A DNA stretch of 64,000 nucleotides, taken from positions 334 through 64,333 of the forward strand of contig JBDNHJ010000047.1 of the NCBI GenBank assembly GCA_041688835.1, given 5' to 3'. Within the stretch, counting starts at the first letter, position 1; each line of letters begins with the position of its first letter. The notes under the pieces are model-generated. The model made no database searches, was not told the origin of the DNA, and worked only from the letters and a program-made list of their open reading frames with translations. This DNA comes from Fuerstiella sp. (lineage in GTDB: Bacteria > Planctomycetota > Planctomycetia > Planctomycetales > Planctomycetaceae). Below are positions 18,377 to 29,527 of the stretch, piece after piece. A program made the position numbers and the translations under genes.

Positions 18377-20722
18377 TTGCCATTGGAAGAATCACCGCGA
18401 ATGTTAGGCCGATCCGAAACACACAATCACCAACCGTCAGTGACCACGCGACAGATTGAGCCACGAACGGTCGGTTGGATGCTGCGTGAGCTCCGTTGCG
18501 ATTTTGCATTCACGTTTGCCCTTGCTTTCTTCCTAACGTTCGTAGCAGATCGCGACGCTACCGCTGCTGGCCCACCGGACGACGTCGCCTTTGACAAACA
18601 GATTGCTCCGCTACTGGCCAGCCGGTGCATCAGTTGCCATAACTCAAGCGAGAACACCGGCGGGCTGAATCTGTCGCTCAAGGATGCGGCCTTCGCGGGC
18701 GGTGAAAGTGGTTCGGCCATCGCCGCAGGGAAGCCAGACCAGAGTCTGTTGTGGGAACGAATTGCGGCCAATGAAATGCCGCCGAAGCATCCTTTGTCGG
18801 CCGATGAGAAGGAAGTTGTTCGCCGCTGGATTGCCGGCGGTGCGCAGTGGGGGACTGATCCGATTGATCCGTTTCTGGCGTCGACGGAAGACCGCGCGGG
18901 ATACGACTGGTGGTCGCTAAAATCGATTGTTCAGCCCGACTTGCCCGTGGTGAAAAACACCGACTGGGTGCAAAACGGAATTGATCGGTTTGTCTTAGCA
19001 AAGCTGGAAGCCGCACAACTGCCACCGGCCGAACGAGCGGATGCTCGAACGATGCTTCGACGTTTGTATTTCGATCTGATCGGGTTGCCGCCAGTCCTGA
19101 ACACCGAAAATGGCGTGTGGCGCGAACAAACGCTGGGTATCGAAATCGATCCGCGTGCGTTTCAGTTTCACGGCGCAGCCTATAACGCAGTCGTCGACGC
19201 ACTGCTAGCGTCGCCACATTACGGCGAACGCTGGGGACGTCACTGGTTGGACGTCATTCGTTTTGGTGAAAGTCAAGGCTTCGAACGCAACCGTGTTCGC
19301 CACAATGCGTGGCGCTATCGCGATTGGGTCATCCAAGCACTCAACAGCGACATGCCGTACGACGAATTTTTGCGGCAGCAGATTGCCGGCGACGTGTTGC
19401 AGCCGGGCGATCTGGACGCACTCATCGCGACGGGTTATTTGGTGTGCGGAACTTACGACATGGTCGGCTACGAAATGGGTTCTGCCGAAATGAAGAAAGC
19501 CGTCCGGCAGGATGAGATCGAAGACATGGTCGCGGCGTTCGGGCAGTCAATGTTGGGACTGACGATCAACTGTGCTCGCTGTCACGATCATAAGTTCGAT
19601 CCGATTTCGCAACGCGAATACTATCAAGTCGCCGCGCTGTTGGGCGGTGTGACTCAGGCCGTCGATGAACGCACGGGCATCGCGTTGAAGTCCAGCGACG
19701 GCAGCACGTTTGATGGAGTCGCGCATGTGATTATCCCGAAACAGCCGCCCGCGTTTCACGTGCTGATTCGCGGCAACTCACGCGATCCTAGTGAAGTCGT
19801 TTCACCGCGTGGCTTGCAGGCGTTTTCCACAGCCGGTTTGTCCGGCGACTTTGGCCTGAAGTCCGATGCTCCCGATGCTGAACGGCGAGTCGCCCTAGCC
19901 AAGTGGGTCACCGACCGGCGCAATCCACTGACGCCGCGCGTGATGGTGAATCGTCTGTGGCATCATCATTTCGGGCAGGGTATCGTCGATTCGCCCAGTG
20001 ATTTTGGATTCTCCGGAGGTCGGCCCAGTCATCCCGAGTTGCTCGATTGGCTGGCCAAAACATTCGTCGATGAAGGCTGGAAGCTGAAGAATTTACAGCG
20101 GTTGATCGTGAGTTCAGCCACCTATCGTCAGGCGTCCAATATTCGCAACACCGCCGCTGAAGAACAGGACAGCGACAACCGGTTGCTGTGGCGAGCCAAC
20201 TCGCGTCGACTGGATGGCGAATCGACTCGTGATGCCATGCTGTCCGTCAGTGGTGCGTTGAATCGCAAGCCCGGCGGGCCGAGTTTCTACGATGTGAAGG
20301 CGAAGCTGGAACACGATCACACGTTCTCGGACCCGACGGGTGAATTTAACGATCAGGTGAACCGTCGCACGGTGTATCGACTGTGGGCGCGGTGCGGCAA
20401 TAATCCGCTGCTGGAAGCGCTGGACTGTCCCGATCCGTCGGTGATGCTGCCGCGTCGTTCGCAAACGATCACGCCCGTGCAGTCGCTGTCGCTGCTGAAT
20501 AATCGCTTCATCGAACAATGCGCGGAACGTCTGGCCGAACGCATTCGTCAACAGGCTGGCGATGACGTCGACCAACAAATCGGCGAACTGTACCAGCTAG
20601 CGGTGCTGCGAAATCCGGAAGCCCGCGAACTTGAGTTAGCTCGCACGTTTGTGCAACAGCAGACGCTGCTGCAATTGTGTGTGGTGTTGCTGAACACCAA
20701 TGAGTTTTTGTTTGTGGAGTAG
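18377..20722 (+). CDS. planctomycete cytochrome c / DUF1549-DUF1553 (PSD1) protein; start uncertain
   Basis: CxxCH 'CISCH' and 'CARCHDHKFDPI'; 'YGERWGRHWLD'; 'RVMVNRLWHHHFGQGIV...PSHPELLDWLA'. Confidence 0.92.
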   Translation: MPLEESPRMLGRSETHNHQPSVTTRQIEPRTVGWMLRELRCDFAFTFALAFFLTFVADRDATAAGPPDDVAFDKQIAPLLASRCISCHNSSENTGGLNLSLKDAAFAGGESGSAIAAGKPDQSLLWERIAANEMPPKHPLSADEKEVVRRWIAGGAQWGTDPIDPFLASTEDRAGYDWWSLKSIVQPDLPVVKNTDWVQNGIDRFVLAKLEAAQLPPAERADARTMLRRLYFDLIGLPPVLNTENGVWREQTLGIEIDPRAFQFHGAAYNAVVDALLASPHYGERWGRHWLDVIRFGESQGFERNRVRHNAWRYRDWVIQALNSDMPYDEFLRQQIAGDVLQPGDLDALIATGYLVCGTYDMVGYEMGSAEMKKAVRQDEIEDMVAAFGQSMLGLTINCARCHDHKFDPISQREYYQVAALLGGVTQAVDERTGIALKSSDGSTFDGVAHVIIPKQPPAFHVLIRGNSRDPSEVVSPRGLQAFSTAGLSGDFGLKSDAPDAERRVALAKWVTDRRNPLTPRVMVNRLWHHHFGQGIVDSPSDFGFSGGRPSHPELLDWLAKTFVDEGWKLKNLQRLIVSSATYRQASNIRNTAAEEQDSDNRLLWRANSRRLDGESTRDAMLSVSGALNRKPGGPSFYDVKAKLEHDHTFSDPTGEFNDQVNRRTVYRLWARCGNNPLLEALDCPDPSVMLPRRSQTITPVQSLSLLNNRFIEQCAERLAERIRQQAGDDVDQQIGELYQLAVLRNPEARELELARTFVQQQTLLQLCVVLLNTNEFLFVE

Positions 20723-20748
20723 AATATCCCACGTCTACCCGACGGCAG

Positions 20749-22431
20749 TTATTCGTCGGCGCGAAGTTGCTGTGCCTCAGCGGCACTCAGCAGGCCGTCG
20801 GCGTCGCGATCGAGTTCTGCGAAGATTTTTCCAGGGCCTAGGAATTCGCGATAAGACACGTCGTGATCCTGATTGCGATCCATTCGACGAAACCACTCCG
20901 GCCCCGACAGGCCGGCCACGCCGGGCAGGATCGCATCCGTCGACCGCGCCTGCATGCTCATCGACTGCATCGAATCCAGCCGAAAGGCTTCGACCTGTCC
21001 TAGCCCAATCTGTAGCGAATAGGCGGTGCCGAGTTCGGATTCCGTCAACTGTTCGTCTTGGTTGATGTCGTATTCCAATAGCACATCGAAGCCTTCGCGC
21101 AGTTCACGCTGAGTTAACCGGCGATCGGTATTGGCGTCCAGCAGTTTGAACAGCGTTTTGCCATCCTGCTTGACGCTGACTTCAATCCGGCTTTGCGTGG
21201 CAATGGCATCGCGTTCGATGAACTCTTTGATTTCGGTACGCAACAACATGCCGTCGTTGTTTAGATCCACGTCCGCAAATTCGCCCGACACATTCAGTTG
21301 ACTCGACAACTGCTGCTGCAATTCTGGGAACTCGTCGACGGTCAGATAACCGTTTTTGTCGGCGTCGTAAGTTGTCGATCGCTGTAGCAAAAAGTTGACC
21401 ATAAAACTGCGTGAATCTTTGGTGCCGCCACGAGACCTCACTTCAATCGGCATGTCATCGATAATCAGTTTGTGCCGCCCGCGTCTGCCGGGTGCGGACG
21501 TACAAAACGATTTTGCAACATCAGACAGCGTCAGCACAATGTCGCTGGCATTGGCGCGATCGGACAGTTGTACGTCCATCTGCAGGTGATACACGGGCTG
21601 ACTCAAAAACGCTTTCATTTCGGTTAGATCCAGCACACCGTCGGCCGTGGCGCCTGCTAACGTGGCACTCGGCAAGCGTAGTTTTTCCAAAGCCACAACT
21701 TCACTGTCATCGGTTTCCGAACTGCGGCCGTAGCGTTTAATAATCTGTGTCGCTGTGCGTGCGATTGCGTCGTCGTCACCCAGTTGTACGAATGGCAGGT
21801 TGGCTGCGTCGGGCACAATGGCCGTCTGTTGGTTGCGGGGATCGCGAAACGGCATCAGCTCGGCAGCCGTGAAGGTCTGGTCGTCATCGAGGTCTCGAAA
21901 ACGTAGCGACCGAGTACTCGCCAGCAGTTCTGCGCGAGACACGTGACCGTCTCCGTTGTCGTCCACTAAGGCGGCCAATCGCACGGCTTCGGATGGCTGA
22001 ACGGCTCCGGCGATCATGCTGAAGCCTTGGTTCAGCTGATTGGCAAACCACGCGGCGAATTTTCCGGTGGGGACCGTTTCGGCAGACTTGTCATCGGCGG
22101 ACTGACGCAACATCCGCTGCGCATTTTTCGAATTCGTTTGTTGCACGAGGCGATCGGGAATCAGCTGAAGTTCGTTCAGTGTTAGCAGCCCATCACGATT
22201 CAGATCGATGCGACTGGCTAAAAAGGTGGCCACCCATAATCGATACGGTTGCCCATCGACGGAAAGCCTCATGTCGACAAAGACCGGGCCATTCGGAGCC
22301 ATAATCACCAGCGGGGTACGATCGGGTGGCGATACGGCAGGTGCTTCGTCAGCGGATGCAATCCCGCCGAAAATCGGTTGCGCGCAGCACAGTAATAGTG
22401 TCAACTGACGGAATAATTTCGGGCGTCTCAT
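20749..22431 (-). CDS. secreted multi-EF-hand calcium-binding protein
   Basis: Signal peptide and many Dx[DN]xDG loops (DLNRDGLLT, DDNGDGHVS, DADKNGYLT, DLNNDGML, DRDADGLLS). Confidence 0.8.
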   Translation of the reverse strand: MRRPKLFRQLTLLLCCAQPIFGGIASADEAPAVSPPDRTPLVIMAPNGPVFVDMRLSVDGQPYRLWVATFLASRIDLNRDGLLTLNELQLIPDRLVQQTNSKNAQRMLRQSADDKSAETVPTGKFAAWFANQLNQGFSMIAGAVQPSEAVRLAALVDDNGDGHVSRAELLASTRSLRFRDLDDDQTFTAAELMPFRDPRNQQTAIVPDAANLPFVQLGDDDAIARTATQIIKRYGRSSETDDSEVVALEKLRLPSATLAGATADGVLDLTEMKAFLSQPVYHLQMDVQLSDRANASDIVLTLSDVAKSFCTSAPGRRGRHKLIIDDMPIEVRSRGGTKDSRSFMVNFLLQRSTTYDADKNGYLTVDEFPELQQQLSSQLNVSGEFADVDLNNDGMLLRTEIKEFIERDAIATQSRIEVSVKQDGKTLFKLLDANTDRRLTQRELREGFDVLLEYDINQDEQLTESELGTAYSLQIGLGQVEAFRLDSMQSMSMQARSTDAILPGVAGLSGPEWFRRMDRNQDHDVSYREFLGPGKIFAELDRDADGLLSAAEAQQLRADE

Positions 22432-22507
22432 GGTTTTTGATTCTCATTCCGTTGCAGAAACCGGCTTGATTTGCAGTCCCCGGAGTGGGCAACACCGTTC
22501 AGGACGT

Positions 22508-22578
22508 CGTAGCGGAAGTCGTCAAGAATTTCGATGCGTTCAGAACGTCCATCGAAAGTCTTGACGACTTCCGCTACG
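22508..22578. repeat. GTAG-type REP doublet (REPIN), family A copy 1
   Basis: CGTAGCGGAAGTCGTCAAGAATTTCGAT...ATCGAAAGTCTTGACGACTTCCGCTACG; related copies at 51880, 53762 and 59761. Confidence 0.88.
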
Positions 22579-22916
22579 TGATTTCGCAGGGGTTTTGGTT
22601 GGTTTTAAGTCCTAAACGGCGTTGCGCAGACGGGTAAATCGGAGGAAACCGAATTGATGCTGGCTTCTTTGCGATTTTCGTCCAAACTTCATATTCTCAA
22701 CAATTCAGACGATGGTTTTAATGCTGAAATGACGTTTCGGTCATGTTTCCGGTGAATTCCGTACGGGCGTTAGTGTCCGGAGATTATCGGTCAAGGCATT
22801 ATTCCCGTCTCAAAACCGGCGATTGTCGGTTAGCAATTGATTTCTCCTGTCTCCGCATCTTTTCATTCTTCACCTGCGATCAATTCGCTGGGTGTGGGCA
22901 CAACTGGTCATAAGAT

Positions 22917-25900
22917 ATGCCGTCCATTAGACCTTTCGTGACGAAGCGTTTGTCTAACAGAAATACCGCAGTTCTTGTCAGTCTGGTCATCGCATTGTGT
23001 GCGAATGGTCGTGTTGGTGCGGAAGAACCGTTCGCAGAATTCGTCGAAGGCCTGCGTCAGCGCGGCTTCCATAACACTGCGCTAGAATATCTGGACGAAC
23101 TTGCAAAGCGAACGGACCTGCCAATCGAATTTGCGCAGACTCTGGATCTGGAACGCGGCATCACGTATCGCGCTCAGGCGTCGGCGTCGCGCGTTACTGA
23201 AGACCGCGAACAAGCGTTGAGCCAGGCCGAGCTAGCACTGAAGGCCTTCACCAGCCGGCACAATGATCACCCGCGTGCGCCGTTCGCAAATTCCGAACTG
23301 GGACAGTTGCTTTTCGAACGTGCTCGATCGCTGCTGTGGGATTCGGAAGCACCTTCTAACGAAAACCGGAAAGCGGAATTGCAGCAGCAAGCCAGAACGC
23401 TAATTGAACAGGCGAAAGGGATTTATCAGACCGCTCACGATCAGTACAAACAGCAGTACGACGCCTATCCCAAATTCATCGACAAAGAAGAAGATCCGGA
23501 CGGTTTTCAAGAACGACTTTCGGCAGAAGTGAAGTATCTGCGAGCGTGGTTTAACCTAGCTCGCTGTACCTACGAACGCGGTCAGACGTTCGACATGGGG
23601 TCGAAAGAACGTCAGGAAACGCTGATCACGGCGGCCGATGAATTCGAAGCCATTCATGCGGCCAGACGCACCAACCCGATCGGCCTGCAGTCTCGTTTAA
23701 TGATGGGCAAGTGCTATCAGGAACAGGACGATATTGGTCGCGCTTTAGGGATCTACCAAGAAATCCTCAGCCACACGTCTCAGGAACCGTTCGTGCAATT
23801 ACTGCGTTCGATCGCCTTGCAATATCGACTCATCTGCCTGAACGACGAACAGAAAAACGACTTCCAGCTGGTGTTGCAGGAAGCAGACACGTGGTTGCAG
23901 AACAAAGAAAACCGTCGGCGATTGCACACAGAAGTGGGCCTCGGAATTCTGTGGGAGAAAGCGATTGCCGGTGAAAAAATCGGCCTCGACCGCACGATTG
24001 AAGCGGCCGAAAAAACCAGCTTCCAACGGCAGGCACTGTCTGATGCCAAAGACGTGGGGCGCTTTCCAGGGCCTTATCGAGAAGCCGCCGTCGCGATGGC
24101 GCGCCGACTAAATGCGGAACTCGGCGATAAGGACGCGGAACCCAAAGACTTCGACACCGCGTTTCAGCGAGCCAGCGGACTACTGACGCAACGGGAGTCT
24201 CTGAAAGCTGATCTAGCGGCCGCCGAAACCGGCGAAGACAAGCAAAAAGCACGGCAGGCGATGGAACGCCAGATGAACGAAATCGGCCGCCTGCTGGAAC
24301 TCGCCCTCAGCCTTCGCGAAGACGACACCGACGTCAAAGCAGCCGCTCAAGCGCGCTACTTATTAAGTTTCGCGTATTACTCACAGCGCAAGAGCTTCGA
24401 TGCGATCGTGCTGTCGCGGTATTGCATGTCGAAAGATCGACTTAACAATCCCGACGCCGCTTTAAGCTGCACAGAAATTGCGATTGGGGCCGCCATTCAG
24501 GCGTTCAACGACGCTGGCGAAGATCAGACATTCGAATTGAATCTGTTGCAGGAAATCTGCAACCTGATCATTTCGCAGTACCCGCAATCCAGCAAAGGCA
24601 ACGAAGCTCGCTTTCGTCTTGGGCAGGTTTATCGTGACCTGAACGAACCGTTGAAAGCTGCTGAGACTTATCTGACCGTTCCTCAAGAGTATTCCGAATA
24701 CGCATCGTCTCGAATTCAGGCGGGCCAGTCATACTGGCTGTCTTGGGTGAAGACGATGGCGACCAGTGAGCCGTCCGAAGAACCGCCAGCTGATGCGGCA
24801 ACGTTAGACAGCTGGAAGGCGGAAGCCACCAAGCAGCTGCAGGCAGGCATCAAGCTGTCCCGCGAAAAACTCGGCCAAGACGCTTCGCCAACGCCGGAAA
24901 TCATCGCCGCCGAAGTTTCACTGGCCACCATCCTAAACATGGACGGCAAGTATGCCGAAACCATCCAGAACCTGACCGCTGGCGACGCCAATTCGGTGCT
25001 GAAGGCCATGGATGTCGAAGCCGGTCAGACACGACCAGCCAAGGGCATCCAGAGTTCTGCGTTTGCCGGGCAGGCGTATCGATTGTTACTGCGAGCTTAC
25101 GTTGGCACTCAGGATATCGACGCCGCTTTGAAAACGATGGCACAGCTGCAGTCTGTGGGAGGCCAAGATCTGACCGCCGTTTATACTCAGCTGGGTCGCG
25201 AACTTCAGGAAGAACTCGAACGCCTCACAGCAGATGGCGACAACGAACGGCTGTCTCAAGTCCGGGCCTCGTTTGAACAGTTCTTGGGCAAGGTTTACGA
25301 AACGCGAGATAAAAAAGATTACAACTCGCTGCTCTGGATTGGTGAAACGTATTTTGGCTTGGGCCAAGGAGTCAAAGAAGACAAAGTCGCCGCAGCGGGC
25401 TACTACAAAAACGCCAGCGACGCCTACGCCGAAATCCTGAATGGAAATCTGGCCGATGAAAAAAGCGTACCTGCGATTCAGCTGCGACAGGTTCGCTGCA
25501 AGCGAGCTCAGGGACAATACGAAGAAGCCATTCAAATTGCCGAACAAGTCCTGACCGCCAATCCGATGTCGATCGATGTCCAGTTCGAAGCCGCCTACAC
25601 GTTGTCGGACTGGGGGGCAGACCCGAGCGTGGGACAACCGGAAAAACTGCTGAAATCCATCGAAGGTTTGGAGAACGCAGCTGGCGAAAAAAGCATCTGG
25701 GGCTGGCAACGATTAACAACTCGACTGGGAGCCAGACAGTCCACTCCCGAATGGGACACGCTGAAAGAACGTTTCTTAGAAGCCCGTTACGAATTCATCC
25801 GTAGCCGTTTGCGATACGGCAACCTTGGCGGCCCCGGAGCGGACGACCAACTGAAAGCCGCACAATCGGAAACCACGATGTTTGCGCTCGTGTCACCAGA

Positions 25901-26756
25901 TTTGGACGACGCTTGGTTCGCAAAATTCGACACCCTGTATCGCGACATCCAGACAGCTCGTGGAGAAGCCCCGCAACCTCTGGCACGCCCCGAAGTCGTC
26001 GTCATTCCACCCGAAGAACTGGCACCGCCCGTTCCCGAAGAAACCGACGCCCCGGCACAGACAACGCCCGAACCGACAACCGTTGCTCCACCGGAAGGCC
26101 CGAATGTCCTGTTGATGTCGCTGGCCTTGGTACTGTTGGCAGGCGGAGGATTTGCGGTCTACAAGTTGGTCGGTAAACCCCCAAAACGCACTCGCAGCAC
26201 CTTCGCTCCGGCTCAATCATTCACCCCACCTCTCGGCGGTGGGGGTGGTGGAGAAGCCATTGCCGCAGATGCTGCTCCCGACTTTTCGGGACTCGGAGCT
26301 GTCAAAACACCGACGGCTGGCTTGGGACTTGCGGCTCCACCAACTCGCAAAACAGCGGCTCCGGGCACTCGTCCCACCAAGAAACCATCCACTCCCGAAG
26401 AAGCTGCGGCTATGCAATTGGCCCGCAAAAAAGCGGCCGCCCGTGCGGCTGCCGCCAACAGTGGCACGGCCCCCGCAAAATCGGCCCCGGCTGGGCAACC
26501 CGTCAAAAAGAAACGAGTGCTCACACCAGAAGAAGCCGTGCGTTATCGTGCGGCCAAAGCGGCCAAAGAAAAGGCGGCCGCCGCAGCAGCTGCTGCAGCC
26601 GGCGGCCAACCTGCTCCACCATCTGCTGCTCCATCCGCCGCACCGAAGAAACTTGTTAAGAAAACCCCGCCGGGCACTCCGCCGCCCGACGCCGCACAAC
26701 CAGCGGCACGTCGCAAGGTTGTCAAAAAGCGGCCGCCTCAACCACCCGCAGAATAG
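22917..26756 (+). CDS. large TPR/helical-repeat protein with signal peptide, Pro-rich linker, C-terminal TM and basic Pro/Ala/Lys tail
   Basis: TPR-like helices ('EARFRLGQVY', 'LLWIGETYFGLG'); TM 'VLLMSLALVLLAGGGFAVY'; low-complexity tail. Confidence 0.8.
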   Translation: MPSIRPFVTKRLSNRNTAVLVSLVIALCANGRVGAEEPFAEFVEGLRQRGFHNTALEYLDELAKRTDLPIEFAQTLDLERGITYRAQASASRVTEDREQALSQAELALKAFTSRHNDHPRAPFANSELGQLLFERARSLLWDSEAPSNENRKAELQQQARTLIEQAKGIYQTAHDQYKQQYDAYPKFIDKEEDPDGFQERLSAEVKYLRAWFNLARCTYERGQTFDMGSKERQETLITAADEFEAIHAARRTNPIGLQSRLMMGKCYQEQDDIGRALGIYQEILSHTSQEPFVQLLRSIALQYRLICLNDEQKNDFQLVLQEADTWLQNKENRRRLHTEVGLGILWEKAIAGEKIGLDRTIEAAEKTSFQRQALSDAKDVGRFPGPYREAAVAMARRLNAELGDKDAEPKDFDTAFQRASGLLTQRESLKADLAAAETGEDKQKARQAMERQMNEIGRLLELALSLREDDTDVKAAAQARYLLSFAYYSQRKSFDAIVLSRYCMSKDRLNNPDAALSCTEIAIGAAIQAFNDAGEDQTFELNLLQEICNLIISQYPQSSKGNEARFRLGQVYRDLNEPLKAAETYLTVPQEYSEYASSRIQAGQSYWLSWVKTMATSEPSEEPPADAATLDSWKAEATKQLQAGIKLSREKLGQDASPTPEIIAAEVSLATILNMDGKYAETIQNLTAGDANSVLKAMDVEAGQTRPAKGIQSSAFAGQAYRLLLRAYVGTQDIDAALKTMAQLQSVGGQDLTAVYTQLGRELQEELERLTADGDNERLSQVRASFEQFLGKVYETRDKKDYNSLLWIGETYFGLGQGVKEDKVAAAGYYKNASDAYAEILNGNLADEKSVPAIQLRQVRCKRAQGQYEEAIQIAEQVLTANPMSIDVQFEAAYTLSDWGADPSVGQPEKLLKSIEGLENAAGEKSIWGWQRLTTRLGARQSTPEWDTLKERFLEARYEFIRSRLRYGNLGGPGADDQLKAAQSETTMFALVSPDLDDAWFAKFDTLYRDIQTARGEAPQPLARPEVVVIPPEELAPPVPEETDAPAQTTPEPTTVAPPEGPNVLLMSLALVLLAGGGFAVYKLVGKPPKRTRSTFAPAQSFTPPLGGGGGGEAIAADAAPDFSGLGAVKTPTAGLGLAAPPTRKTAAPGTRPTKKPSTPEEAAAMQLARKKAAARAAAANSGTAPAKSAPAGQPVKKKRVLTPEEAVRYRAAKAAKEKAAAAAAAAAGGQPAPPSAAPSAAPKKLVKKTPPGTPPPDAAQPAARRKVVKKRPPQPPAE

Positions 26757-26847
26757 CGGCCAGTGTTGAGTCTGCTGCGGTATTACGTTCGAATCAATTT
26801 CATTACTCAGCCTGTCTGACTGAATTCCACAATTCAGAAATCCACCT

Positions 26848-27894
26848 ATGAACCTGACCCATTCAAAATTCATCGTCGCATTGTCCATCATTGGCATCAG
26901 CAGTTCCGTTGCCTGTGCCGTGGATGTCGTGACGCGACGCAGTGACAACGCACAAATCCGTGGCGAAATTACAAAATCTGACGTTGCCGAGGTCGTCGTC
27001 AAACGCACCAACGGCGAAGAAGTCACGATTGAAACACCCGATATTAAATCTGTCATGTTCGATGGCGAACCCCCCAACCTCAGAACGGCCCGCGCCAACG
27101 AAAGCAGTGGCGCGTTAGATCTAGCACTGGAAAAACTCACCGAAATTGATGGGTCTTACAGTGGCGGCAACAAAGCGCTGAAAACGGACCTTGAGTTTTT
27201 GATCGCTCGTGTGCACGCCAAGCAAGCTTTGATCGATTCAGCCAAAGCCGACGTCGGCATTGCGGCTCTGCAGGCATTTCGTGGTGGCAACAAAACCAAC
27301 TTCCGCTATCTAGAAGCCAACCTGTTAGAAGCTGCTCTGCACGGCATCAAAAAAGACGCCGCTGCGGGACAACTGCTGCTGACAGAAGTCGCGCAGTCAC
27401 CAGTGAAAGGCTACCAGCTTCAGGCAGGCGTGGATCTCGGTCGCCTGTTGCTGGCGTCCGGCGACGCAGCCGGAGCCGAACAGAGTTTTCAGGATGTCGT
27501 CGACAACAGCCAAGGCGACGCATCGGCTTCCGGAGCCTTGTACGATGGCATGTTGGGACTGGCCATGTGCTTGAAACAGCAAAACAAAATGGATGAGGCT
27601 ATCGCGACTCTGGACGACGTAATTTCGAAGGCTCCAGAAACAGAATCTCGCACACTGGCAGAAGCGTGGCTTCGTAAAGGAGACTGTCTGAAGCAGAAAG
27701 CACAGGAAAAAGCCGCGTTGATGGCTTACCTGCATGTCGACGTTCTGTACTCAGGAGAACCCGTCCAGCACGCGGAGGCTCTGAAGCGATTGTCCGAATT
27801 ATGGGGCCCGGCGGGTCATGAAGATCGAGCCGTCGATGCGTCGGCCCGGCTGGTCGAACGCTATCCCAACAGCCAATGGGCCAGTGGCGGCTGA
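26848..27894 (+). CDS. secreted TPR protein (CpoB/BamD-like C-terminus)
   Basis: Signal peptide; 'AEAWLRKGDCL...AALMAYLHVDVLY...AEAL...LVERYPNSQWA'. Confidence 0.8.
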   Translation: MNLTHSKFIVALSIIGISSSVACAVDVVTRRSDNAQIRGEITKSDVAEVVVKRTNGEEVTIETPDIKSVMFDGEPPNLRTARANESSGALDLALEKLTEIDGSYSGGNKALKTDLEFLIARVHAKQALIDSAKADVGIAALQAFRGGNKTNFRYLEANLLEAALHGIKKDAAAGQLLLTEVAQSPVKGYQLQAGVDLGRLLLASGDAAGAEQSFQDVVDNSQGDASASGALYDGMLGLAMCLKQQNKMDEAIATLDDVISKAPETESRTLAEAWLRKGDCLKQKAQEKAALMAYLHVDVLYSGEPVQHAEALKRLSELWGPAGHEDRAVDASARLVERYPNSQWASGG

Positions 27895-28085
27895 TTGCAA
27901 CGACAAACAGGCCCGATTGTTGAGCCAGATAGCGGTAGGGCAGGCAAATTGGATGACGCGGCGAACTTAAAGAGTTACAGTCTGGATGAACGCGGGGCTC
28001 GGCCAGTGGCCGTGACTTGGTTCCACAGCATAAATTCCACACCGAACAATACTCGAACGAATCAGTTATTCGGAGAAAACATCAG

Positions 28086-28934
28086 ATGTTGAGTCTTACT
28101 GAAAGATTGTCCCGGCAACGATCCTCCAGAAATTGGGGCATTATGTTGCTAACAATCATTGTCGCGCTGGCTGTCCTGCCCATCAGCGGCGTTTCGACCG
28201 CATTCGCTCAAGACGACGCAGCGGCTCCGGCCGCCGCCGCTCCCGATGCGGGTGCCGACGACGCAGCCACACCAACCGAACTGCAAAGCCGTAACTTCCT
28301 ATCGTGGATGATTCAGGCTTTGGGCTGGTTTTGGATGCTGATCTTCGCGGCTCTGTCATTCGTGATGGTGGCTTTGATCATGATGAACCTGTTGCAGGTT
28401 CGTCGTGACGTGCTGCTGCCAAATGACTTTGTGGAAGAGTTCGAACAAAAGCTGAACGGCAAGGATTTTCAGGGAGCCTACGAAATTGCTCGCAACGACG
28501 ATTCCTTTGTCGCTCGCGTGCTGGCATCGGGCATGGGACGCCTTAGCCGAGGCTATCCGGAAGCTGTGGAAGGCATGCAGGAAGCTGGCGAAGACGAAAA
28601 CATGGCTCTGGAACACAGACTCAGTTACCTCGCCCTTATCGGCAGTATCGCTCCGATGCTGGGACTGATGGGAACCGTTCAAGGGATGATCAACGCGTTC
28701 GACAAGATCGCCACATCCGCCGTGTCTCCCAAGCCGAGCGAACTGGCGGAAGGAATTTCCACCGCTCTGTTCACCACGCTGATTGGACTGATGATTGCCG
28801 TACCCGCCATGATCTTCTACAGCATTCTCAAGAATCGCATTCAGCGATTGGTACTGGAAATCGGCATGGTCAGCGAAGGCCTCATGAGTCGCTTTGCGGC
28901 GGTTGGAAAAGGTGGCGGTCCCAAGCCAGCATAG
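28086..28934 (+). CDS. exbB: ExbB/TolQ proton channel subunit
   Basis: 'LALIGSIAPMLGLMGTVQGMI' and 'ISTALFTTLIGLMIAVPA'; GGAG RBS upstream. Confidence 0.92.
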   Translation: MLSLTERLSRQRSSRNWGIMLLTIIVALAVLPISGVSTAFAQDDAAAPAAAAPDAGADDAATPTELQSRNFLSWMIQALGWFWMLIFAALSFVMVALIMMNLLQVRRDVLLPNDFVEEFEQKLNGKDFQGAYEIARNDDSFVARVLASGMGRLSRGYPEAVEGMQEAGEDENMALEHRLSYLALIGSIAPMLGLMGTVQGMINAFDKIATSAVSPKPSELAEGISTALFTTLIGLMIAVPAMIFYSILKNRIQRLVLEIGMVSEGLMSRFAAVGKGGGPKPA

Positions 28935-29045
28935 TCAATCTTCGAACGGGCAGTAATGCCCGTTTGGTTTGTTCGAATGGAATGACGTGTCCGTTCGATC
29001 ACCAACGTGAAGAACTCTGCTCTCGCGAAACCAAAGAGTCCGACC

Positions 29046-29525
29046 ATGAAAATCAAATCCTCCGGTTCCAGCGTCCCCGATGTCGACATGACTCCCATGA
29101 TCGATATCGTGTTCCAGTTGATCGCCTTTTTCATGGTGATCACCAACTTCGAACAGCAACAGGCCGACGAACGTGTCAGTCTGCCCAAAGATCAATTGGC
29201 CAAACCGCCGACCGTCAAACGCGAAAACGCACTGACGTTGAATCTGGGTTTCGAAAAGAACAAAGAGGGCGAGATTACCGATCCAACCCCGTACATCTTT
29301 TTCGCGGGTGGCGAAAAGCTGACGGTCGGCAACTGCGATCGAAAACTCCGAGAAGAAGCTCAGTTCTATCAAACCATCGGCGTGAAGCTGGCCGATGTAA
29401 CGGTGGAAATTCGAGCCGACGCGGGAGTCGATTCTGGATTGGTGCAGACACTGATTCAGAAGTGTCAGGAACGAGGGATTGAGTTTCAGCGGTTCGCTCT
29501 GAAAGCCACTCAGAAGGTAATGTAG
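29046..29525 (+). CDS. exbD: ExbD/TolR family protein
   Basis: 'DMTPMIDIVFQLIAFFMV' TM with conserved Asp; 'VEIRAD'. Confidence 0.92.
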   Translation: MKIKSSGSSVPDVDMTPMIDIVFQLIAFFMVITNFEQQQADERVSLPKDQLAKPPTVKRENALTLNLGFEKNKEGEITDPTPYIFFAGGEKLTVGNCDRKLREEAQFYQTIGVKLADVTVEIRADAGVDSGLVQTLIQKCQERGIEFQRFALKATQKVM

Positions 29526-29527
29526 TT